Shown: positions 53,998 through 64,000 of the stretch, one piece after another
Numbering within the stretch: position 1 is the stretch's first letter
Layout of the letters: each line of letters begins with the position of its first letter
Source: Eledone cirrhosa
Lineage: Eukaryota
Length of the DNA stretch: 64,000 nucleotides
Reading direction: 5' to 3'
Assembly (NCBI GenBank): GCA_964016885.1
Contig: OZ024740.1
Location: forward strand, 320,974,001 to 321,038,000
Notes under the pieces: model-generated
What the model saw: the letters and a program-made list of their open reading frames with translations, nothing else
What the model was told of the DNA's origin: nothing
The model's database searches: none
Translations under genes and position numbers: made by a program

Positions 53998-54780
53998 GAG
54001 CCGTAAATACTACCAAAATTAGATTAAAGATGCCATGTCTGAGAATATCAGATATCTGAACTTTGTTTGATGTGTTTATTTTATATATATATTTCATTCA
54101 ACTTTTAATTTAATGTTAATAAATGCTCGGATTTACTTGGAATCTTTGAGCTTATTCCACGGGTGATATGGCGCATGCTTCTGATATTCTCAGACATGGC
54201 ATCTTTAATCTAATTTTGGTAGTATTTACGGCTCCTAAGTCTGTTAGTAGAGCTTTATATGTTGAAAGGACTTGGATGTTATTTCTAGCTATCGATAACC
54301 TTATTCATGCCACTGGCTTGATGGCGGGGGCAATGTTTTCTTTTTTTTTAACCACATTTTTTCGCCGTTATTCCCTGATTTGCTTTTAGTGTGTAATCAT
54401 AGATGGTTAAATCTTTTCCTTTGTCAATGATCCAAGATTTGACATCTATGATTCACCGATTAATGGTGAAATATATTTCTTCAATGGAATATATACAAAG
54501 AAGATTAATCATTATTGGAAGGTATCTATATTCAAGGTTCTTGTTACCTCCATAACTATGTGTTTACACTCTTTAAAAATTATCCCCTTTAATTGTTTGA
54601 TGTGTTTATTTTGTATATATATATATATGTTATTCAACTTTTAATTTAATCTATATAAAAAGAGAGATATGTAAAATCCCAACTGAGGTACCAAGTGGTT
54701 TCGGCTTGTGTTCAGCAATTCTTGAAAGGACTTGCTGAACACATTGCTCTGTACCCTACTCTGCATCTCCCCTTGCATTC
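53998..54780. mobile_element. Putative Penelope-like element remnant (inverted + direct repeat and hammerhead remnant)
   Basis: 55-bp perfect inverted repeat 53998-54052/54180-54234; direct repeat 54063-54113/54593-54650; partial hammerhead at 54686-54750. Confidence 0.45.
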
Positions 54781-57700
54781 AGTACTCCCATGATTAGTGG
54801 TCTCCTCGGTCTCAACATCACAGACTCTCTCTCCTATATATACATATATAATATGGTTGAGTAAAGATTTTTTTTTCAAACGTCTTCAATGTGTTGTTGA
54901 ATGTAAATGTGGGAAATTTCTTTGCAGGAATATTAGCTCTAGAGCCATCTTGCCTTGTTTCAAATATGATTTGTAGCAAAATGCTGCAAAGTTGACAGAT
55001 ATACACTTAAGAAACCAAAATAACTAGCTGCAATTTGGGAGGTGATAGACATTACAGTTTATGTGTTGTATGTTGGCAATTGCTGGATGGCCTTCCTAAC
55101 ACCAACATCCTAGGTCCATTTCATCATTGCACCAGCATTGTTGTTTTACAATTGTATACCAGGTGCATGTTATAGTACCTAAACTAGAGAAGCTGCTTTG
55201 TTTTTGACAGAACTAAATGGGTCCCTTTGACCCTATAGTCTCTGCTCATTTGCTAACCACTTTACAGCGTACTTGGTATATTTTGTGGCACCAGTACTAC
55301 CACTTTGCAGAATGTACTGGGTGCATTTTATCGTGGCACCTGCACTACTACTTTACAGTGTGCACTTGCTGCATTTTGTGACACCTACACTGCCACTACA
55401 GACTGTGTGCATTTTATTGTATCTAGCCACACTAAGAGTCTGCAGAGTGAATTAAAACCCTCACCAGAGTATTGTTTATACATTCAGCTTGTGTTGTACT
55501 CACTAACATCTAAAAGCAACCAAAAGCAAGCTGTTGCACCAACTGGAAACATTTCCTAATCACACTACCACCAGTGGCTCATAAATCTGCTTTATCTTCT
55601 CTTTGCCCTTTCTATAGTAACAGCATGTGCTCTAAACTAGTTAATTGCATATCTCCCTCCACCTTCAGTTAAGCCTGATATATATCATCACACCTTGTCG
55701 ATGTACAAAATTCAGGGTTACTACCACCACCACCACTCTTCATTTATAAGTTTTATACTTTCACTTTCAGACATCTGGACTTCTAACAGAAGTTTTAAAA
55801 GCAAACTACAAATGTATTCTCATCTTTGATTGTTATTCCACTGATTCTATTTGAAACATAATACTCTTGTTTTAATGCAGAGATGATGATTCTCAAAATG
55901 AACCTTCTGGCTTAAGACAGACTTTAGACACATCATCACCATTTTACATATATATATATGTATCATTTCATATTTAATATACTATAATAATAATGAAATT
56001 GTGTACATTGCTCAGGTGCACTACAACTCATTAAAGGTGCATGTATAGTACATAGAATAATGTACAAATGTCAGGAAAATGAACAGTGTATGAGTCATGA
56101 AATACATGTGGGGGGGGGGGGGGGGCATCAGGTGTAGTGTTGGCGAATCTCAGGGAGCTTGGAGGTTTTAATGGATGTAGTGTCTCGACAGCTAATAACT
56201 GATGCAGGTAGTTTGTTCCATGCTTTAGCCACTCTGAGCGTAAATATTACAAATAAATTCTTAGCATGCCCCACCGCTCCCCTGAACCTTCTCAATGACC
56301 CCTGGAAGTGGTAGCGCCCACTGAGAACCTCTGCTTTAACACAACACTTTCCTTACCATATTTCTAATGAAAGACACTTCTTATAACATTTTGAAAATAT
56401 CCAAGACTTTTGATGATATAACTACATTTTTCATCATTATACTGGAGTTTGGAGAATAACTTAAAGGTTCTTACATAAAATTATGATGGAAGGTTTTCAG
56501 ATAAATATATACAGTTCTGTATGAGGAAGACACAATCACCCGACCCAATTTGCCTTAAATGAAAACCAGTCTAACCTATGCTAGTGTGGAAAATAGACGT
56601 TATACACTAAAATAAAGAATACTTTATTGTAGAAATAGGCAGATTCAGGTGTTTTAGTATGAAAAGGGTTAAACAATATTGAAGTTCACATTCTGGTAAT
56701 GAAAATATATCACTTGGAACCAACAATTTTATACCTTATAATGATAGCTTGGCACTGAATTATTCAAGAGAATATAATAGAAATATTTCTTTATTATTAG
56801 CAAATATCAACATTTGTTAACTTCCTGCAAATAAAGATTTATTGGAGGAAATAAAATATTCTAATCTCACTGTAGCTATACAGCATATATAATAGTCAAT
56901 CAAATTTCAACACAACTGAATTTTCAAGTGTTGTGTTGGTCACTGGAGGTCTAGTGGTTTTACAGGGGGGGGGGGGGGGGGGGGGGTAGTCACTGGAAGT
57001 CCAGTGACTTAGATCAAACTCTGGGATACCCATTGGAACACCTGTGGGTGCATCATTGGCAGATTGGGAACACTGGTGTTGTACAGAATCCAGTTTTAAT
57101 ATTCCAAGTTTTGTCAAATTAATGCCTCCTGTGAGGTCAGAGCAGGGATAAAAAAAAGTTTTGTTGAAACATTCAAACCAGTTCTGAATGAACAGTGTTA
57201 GCTTCATCTGGTGTAGTTCTTACTGAACGAACCAGTTGTGGGTTGTCTCTCTTCCATCTACATCTCCAATTTTAAATTATAGATTAACTGCAATGGCGTC
57301 ACTTAGATATCTTCTGGTTGTGCAAACGTGTGCATGAATATATGTGTGTGTGTGTGTATATATATATAAATTAATGTTAAGACACATTATATAATTGTAT
57401 TTCAGTGACACCTGTCAACACTTGAATTAACACATCCTAGTTTACAGAATCCACCCATTAGAAAATAAATACCACTACCACACGAAAACTAAAAGAAAAA
57501 AATAATTGGCGAGTCATACATTCAATGGAATTTCGCAAACATGGAAATGTTTGTCTATGGCATATCAACTTGCCCAAATCTTCACATAATTGTGTTAACA
57601 TCTGATGATGTCACCAGTTGCTGATGTAATGATTGCATAATGGCACTGGAATACGTATTATATAATAAATATGATTATGTAACAATAACATTTGATCGCC

Positions 57701-58585
57701 ATCATAATGCTGGATGTATATGACTGATGTAGAATGCTTTTACCTGCTTACAGGGTTTATCAACTAGATGTCCCAATGCAACTGTCACAGATTTACCTTA
57801 GTAATTACTGACAATATATGTTCACATATAGATAGAACATCTAATATGTGTATGCATATATACATATATATATACTGTTAACGTGGTTGGTGTTGGGAAG
57901 GCAAGACAACCAATCTTGCCTCAAGTGGGACAATTCCCGTCCAGACCCATGCTAGCATGGAAAATGGACGTTAAACGATGATGATATGCATCTATATATA
58001 TAATAATGAAATAGTGTACAGTGCTCAGGTGCACTACAACTCATCAAAAAGTGTATGCATAGTACATAGGGTAATGTACAAACGTCAGGAAAACGAACAG
58101 AGCACGAGTCATGACACATGGAAGGGGCACATCAGGCGCAGCCTTGGCGAATCTTGGGAAGCATGAGGGTCTCAAAGGATGTGTATCTATATATGTGTAT
58201 GTATCTATATATAATGTGGTGGTTAGGGTATTGGCATTACGATCATAATGTGATTTTAATTCATGTACTGCATAACGTGTTGTGTTTTTGAGGAAAACAC
58301 TTCATTTCATGTTGCTTCAATACACTAAACTGAAAATGAGTTCCAGCAGTAGCTGGGAGTTAACCCTGTGGTGGTCTGGTGTTATTTACAGTGGGGAGTC
58401 TAGATAGGCACTCGACTGATGAGGCTTGGGACAAACCAATCTTTTTTTTTTTAAATATAAACACTTGAAGAAAGTTTGGAAATACGAAATAAAAATATTA
58501 AAATCCAGTTGTGCCAACATTAGATGGACTATATTATTTATACACAATTATACAAACTGAACATATATATATATATATATATATA

Positions 58586-58762
58586 TGAGGGTCCAATAGG
58601 CTGACTATGAAGGTGTGATGCTAGAGATTGCATGCATTAATTTCAATTTTTATTTATTAATAACTGCATTTCCTTCCAGGGACTATGTTAAAAAATAAAC
58701 CTCATTTGGTCATTCCATGAGTATCTTGGTCAGCCTATGAACTTTCACAGCCAACCCTTGTA
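58586..58762. mobile_element. Mariner-type MITE remnant
   Basis: TA|TGAGGG...CCCTTG|TA termini, decayed from CGAGGG/CCCTCG. Confidence 0.45.
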
Positions 58763-59520
58763 TGTGTGTGTGTGTGTGTACAGATGATGCTGATTGTGAT
58801 GATATGTGTTGTGTATAGATGATGCTAATTACTATGATGATATATGTATGTATTGTAAAATGATGACAGTTCCAAGTTGTAGCTCCTTATGAAATATTTC
58901 AAAATTTCAGTTCAATGTGGAGCAAGTACTTATGAAGTAGGATGCAATCCTGTATTATCATCATCCTTTTCCCCTGCTTGGGTTGGTTTCAATATAGAGA
59001 AATAATAGATTTTATATAAGTGTTAAAATTTGGAGAGACAGATGAGTGAAAGACTGTTGCAATATTTAATGAAAGATATGGGTTTAGATTAGAAAATACA
59101 TGTAACAGAATTTCTTTATCTTTAGAAATGTTTTTGTTGATTTAAAGCAGTGTATGATAGCTATATAGCTTCTATTTACAGTGAGTGAAAGGGGGGGGGG
59201 GGGCATTCATTCCATATTCCTGAAAGGCTAAGTTACATATTTTAGTTCCATTTTTTTTTACCCCATCAAATCTTTAGTGATATATTTCTACATCAACATT
59301 TTCTGCTGCAATATTTCATAAGAGTCAGCTTGAATTATTATTTTAATCATCAAACCTTGAGCAACAACCAGAGGAACTGAACTTGGGTTAAATACATCCC
59401 ACATTATTGTTGACAAACTTTTTATTTTATTTTAGTTATTTCAATGATGAAAATATTTAGTCCAAGTTCCACAACCTCTCCTGGAATATCAAAAGCAAGA
59501 AAGAAAAAAAAATAATTTCT

Positions 59521-60066
59521 TCAGAAATTTCTCTCTCCAAATCCTAAAGGAAGGAGATAGTTACGTCGTAATTCCGATGTTGGAAGTTTGTTGTATGTCA
59601 CAGTATCTTTCTGGTTAAAGTTGAAATGACTTTTGTGGAAATATGCAGTTGTTGTTAGAACTTCTGCTTCATGGTCTTTGTAGGCAGCAATAAAATTAGT
59701 CGAGAATTCCTCATGACGAATCATTAGTTTGTTGGTAACCCACTCACGTTTCACGTCAGATACAAGCAAGGTGTGACGTGATGTTCGAGTCTTTTTCATC
59801 AATTGCTTGGCTGTATCAAGGACTTTACTGAAACGATCTGGTCCTTTCTCAGGTGTTAACAGTGTTACATTGAATCCAGTTCCTTTATTCCTTACCATTA
59901 GTAAATATATGCTGAAAAGCCGTTCTGGGTCAATCTGTGGTGTGACAATATAAACAGTGGCACCAACACCAAACCAATCATCTAGCAGACACTTCCAAAG
60001 CTGCAGAATAAAATCATGGCTCATGATACCACCTCCTTCTGGAATCATATCAATGAATTCTTGAAC
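59521..60066 (-). CDS. Terminal coding exon of an uncharacterised gene; possible degenerate PLD/Nuc-like fold
   Basis: Minus-strand acceptor ttttgtccattttag|GTT at 60066; 546 nt open frame (VQEFIDMIPEGGG...GERNF*); globular, non-repetitive composition. Upstream exons not found (in the gap or outside the window). Confidence 0.85.
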   Translation of the reverse strand, partial: VQEFIDMIPEGGGIMSHDFILQLWKCLLDDWFGVGATVYIVTPQIDPERLFSIYLLMVRNKGTGFNVTLLTPEKGPDRFSKVLDTAKQLMKKTRTSRHTLLVSDVKREWVTNKLMIRHEEFSTNFIAAYKDHEAEVLTTTAYFHKSHFNFNQKDTVTYNKLPTSELRRNYLLPLGFGERNF

Positions 60067-61388
60067 CTAAAATGGACAAAACATAAATTATAATTATTAA
60101 ATTATCAGATTCTAAAACAATAAAATAAAACCAGTTTCTATGTGTTTTCTTGTTTACTGTATTATAATTATTCACTAAATAAAATAAAATGAAAATTATT
60201 GTGTACAGTGCTCAGGTGCACTACAACTCATCAAAGGTACATGTATAGTACATAGAATAATGTACAAATGTCAAGAAAGTGAACTGTATGAGTCATGATA
60301 TACACACACGTGTATGGAGGGGGAATATCAGGTGTAGTGCTGGCAAATTTCAGGATTCATGGAAGTTTTGAAAGATGCAGTGTCCTGACAGCTCACAACC
60401 GATGCAGATAGTTTGTTCCATGCTTCAGCAACTCTGAGCATGAAAAAATGTTTATTATTCAGTTTTTGGCATGGTTCTACTAGGTGGAAGCCTTTCATAT
60501 CAGCAACTTTCAAGCTAGGGTAGATTGTTTGATGCCTGCATATGTAGTGCAATGCTAGTAATGAGGCATGGGTACTAAATGTAGAATATATGTGAAGATT
60601 AGACAGAAATGAATTGAGTAGAATAAAATAGTGCACACTTCTGTCTAATCATCACTCACCAAAGTCTGCTGGTAACATGTCATGACTACATTACAACATT
60701 GCAATACATGGCACTGCTTATAGCTATTTCATAGTATAAATTGTTTCGCAAGGAACACATGCACAACTGATGACCTCTGACACCAATAAATATAGTGATA
60801 TATATGAATAACTGATGACCTTTGACATCAACAAATATTTTGTATAGCGTTGATATTTCTAACACTACTTAGTAACACTGTTCAATTTCCTATCAGCAGT
60901 CACGTGAGCTAGAGTTAATTTAGCAATTTGTTACATCTCTCTCTCTCTCTCTAGGCAGTGAATTGTCAGAGGAATTAGAATATCGGGTAGAATGCTTCAC
61001 TGTATTCCTTCTAGTTTTCTGAGCTCTGAATTCAAAACCCATTCAGGTCATCTTTGCCTTTCATTCTTTCAAGATTGGTATAAAAATAAAAAAAAAATAA
61101 AAAAGTGCCAGTCCAGTACTGGGGGGTTAATCCTTCCTCTTTATATCTTTCTCACTTCTTCTCTGGATGAAATCAGCTGTGTTTAGACCTGGGGAAGGGG
61201 TGTGCGCCACTAGGTTAAAAAAAAGACCTAAGATATGCAGTAGGTCATTATGGCATATATATAACTGTTAGTAAGAGCATCCAGCTGTAGAAACCATACC
61301 AAAAATGGAATGTATGAATAAGATGTGGTTTACTGGCACATCTAGCTCAATCTGATCAACTTATGATAGCATGTGTACATAATTCCAC

Positions 61389-61588
61389 NNNNNNNNNNNN
61401 NNNNNNNNNNNNNNNNNNNNNNNNNNNNNNNNNNNNNNNNNNNNNNNNNNNNNNNNNNNNNNNNNNNNNNNNNNNNNNNNNNNNNNNNNNNNNNNNNNNN
61501 NNNNNNNNNNNNNNNNNNNNNNNNNNNNNNNNNNNNNNNNNNNNNNNNNNNNNNNNNNNNNNNNNNNNNNNNNNNNNNNNNNNNNNNN
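61389..61588. other. Assembly gap (200 N)
   Basis: Run of N. Confidence 0.99.
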
Positions 61589-61614
61589 ATATATATTATA
61601 TATATATAGGCATA

Positions 61615-61646
<32 letters not shown>

Positions 61647-61650
61647 GGCA

Positions 61651-61688
<38 letters not shown>

Positions 61689-61694
61689 CATATA

Positions 61695-61732
<38 letters not shown>

Positions 61733-61830
61733 CATATATATATATATATATATATATAGGCATATATATATATATATATAGGCATATATATATATATATA
61801 TAGGCATATATATATATATATATATATATA

Positions 61831-61876
<46 letters not shown>

Positions 61877-61898
61877 CATATATATATATATATATATA

Positions 61899-61988
<90 letters not shown>

Positions 61989-62008
61989 CATATATATATA
62001 TATATATA

Positions 62009-62082
<74 letters not shown>

Positions 62083-62200
62083 CATATATATATATACATA
62101 TATATATATATACATATATAGGCATATATATATATACATATATATATATATACATATATAGGCATATATATATATACATATATACATATATACATATATA

Positions 62201-62234
<34 letters not shown>

Positions 62235-62504
62235 CATATATATATATAGGCATATATATATAGGCATATATATATATATATATAGGCATATATATATATA
62301 TATAGGCATATATATATATATATATATATAGGCATATATATATATATATATATATAGGCATATATATATATATATATAGGCATATATATATATATATATA
62401 TATAGGCATATATATATATATATATATATATAGGCATATATATATATATATATATATATAGGCATATATATATATATATATATATATAGGCATATATATA
62501 TATA

Positions 62505-62538
<34 letters not shown>

Positions 62539-62566
62539 CATATATATATATATATATATATATATA

Positions 62567-62626
<60 letters not shown>
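61589..62626. repeat. (TA)n microsatellite periodically interrupted by GGCA
   Basis: Units of GGCA(TA)n of variable length abutting the gap. Confidence 0.97.
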
Positions 62627-62627
<1 letters not shown>

Positions 62628-63050
62628 GTCTGTCAACTTCTTATATATACTAGCAGAAAAACCACCCTATGGGTGGTTTTCTGCTAGCATGTGTAGTGTG
62701 TATATTGATATTATACACAAATATATATGCATGTAAATATGATACATCAAATAAAATCCTAATTGACAATATACACAGAAATTCAACAAAGTCTATGTTA
62801 CACTGTCTTAGGTAATCAGTAAACCGTGATATAGTAAAAAAAAAAGACGACATTATATATAAACTGCATTAGGAGAAAATTAACGACGGAAATATATGCG
62901 ATTATAAGTGTTATAATATAACGACCACTAACCGGAAGTGTTGACATTTCATAATTTTAAAGATCTTATTTTACAAACGGGGTAAAAAAATATATTCTGG
63001 ACGCAGTCCCGCACTCCTTTCTTTATTATAGTTAAGATATATATATATAT

Positions 63051-63837
63051 ATATGAAAAAGTGAGTCCTTCATCAGTGACCCTCCAACCGTCCTCGGCAT
63101 TTCATCGCTTTAAGGGCCATATGCCTCAGGTTGGTGCGAACAACGGCTAAAAAAAGTCGTTGGGACACGTAAACAAAGGGGGACGCTAGAGTAACAACAA
63201 AAAAGTTTAAGCAACGGAAAGTGAGTAGAAATAGACAAGTCCCAGATCTCTATGAATATAAACTCTGTGAAATCGTGAACAAGAGACGAAAGACCATCAA
63301 ACCTGGTTGAAATGTGAGCAAGGAAAGAATTTCGCCCAAGTTTGACGGGGGGGAAAAAAGAGAGAGAGAGAGAGAAAGGAGAGAAGAGGAAGAAGAAGAA
63401 GAAGAAGATAAAGGGGTCTGGTCTACGAATTCGGTAAACGCAAGTTTTGTGAAGTCGCAGACGAAAGAGAGAGAGAAAAAAATTCCATACCAGCTCGGTT
63501 AAGACCGCGCGAGAAAAGAATTACACACAGGTCAAACTTGAAGGAGGAGGAGGAAAGAGGAGGAGGAGAGGTAGTGACAGAGAATGAGTGAGTGAAAGTT
63601 GAGGAGAGGGTAACAGAGAGAGAGACTGCTAGAAGTGGTAAAGATACAAGGAACGAAACAGACGAAGGCAGCATGGAAAAAATATATGTGTAAATATGAT
63701 AATAATGGAGCTGCGGCGTTGCAAATGGGATACATATGAAAAAGTGAGTCCTTCATCAGTGACCCTCCAACCGTCCTCGGCGTGAAGGACTCACTTTTTC
63801 ATATGTATCCCATTTGCAACGCCGCAGCTCCATTATT

Positions 63838-63875
<38 letters not shown>

Positions 63876-63945
63876 CATCATCATCATTTTTTACATTGAC
63901 TTACTGAAGAGGTCACAGAATGTGTGACGAAAGAGTTTTGACAAT
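63051..63945. mobile_element. Putative Penelope-like terminal structure (direct repeat, 62-bp fold-back and hammerhead-like core)
   Basis: 48-bp direct repeat 63051-63098/63734-63781; perfect inverted repeat 63694-63755/63783-63844; CTGAAGA-stem-GAAA at 63904-63932. Confidence 0.5.
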
Positions 63946-64000
63946 ATATAAACCTTCTGGTTATCGAACCAACCAGCCAACCGGAAACTTATAAAATAAA

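Noticed and set aside
60765-60838. Short imperfect duplication aactgatgacct.tgaca.caa.aaatat
   Set aside because: Two diverged copies only; ordinary local duplication with no further structure.
61342-62636. Long minus-strand ORFs
   Set aside because: Microsatellite plus N-gap artefacts.
63314-63756. ORFs with E/R-rich or S/L-rich runs
   Set aside because: Derived from GA-rich low-complexity sequence inside the putative repeat block; no splice or domain support.

Overview
AT-rich, repeat-dense animal genomic DNA with spliceosomal introns. The (TA)n tracts, RTE/CR1 LINEs and tRNA-derived SINEs suggest a mollusc, probably a cephalopod such as Octopus (inference from repeat style only). The main feature is a B-Raf-like Raf kinase gene on the + strand: 14 coding exons (1645-41913) splice in frame to 2025 nt covering the BRS helix, RBD, C1, CR2 and kinase domains. 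Its 5' exons lie upstream of the window. The gene has a U12 (minor-spliceosome) intron, candidate alternative exons in the hinge region and several unusual substitutions at regulatory residues. A convergent - strand gene contributes its last coding exon (59521-60066), which may encode a catalytically dead PLD-like fold. Introns and intergenic DNA hold RTE, CR1 and CRE-like retroelements, SINEs, piggyBac-like MITEs, a non-autonomous Helitron, mariner remnants, Penelope-like fold-back blocks with hammerhead-like motifs, a ~6.7 kb 47-bp minisatellite and large (TA)-rich microsatellites. There is a 200-N assembly gap. Most ORFs in the supplied track are repeat artefacts. No CRISPR array or prokaryotic system is present. 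All comparisons to human or fly proteins are from memory, not from a search.
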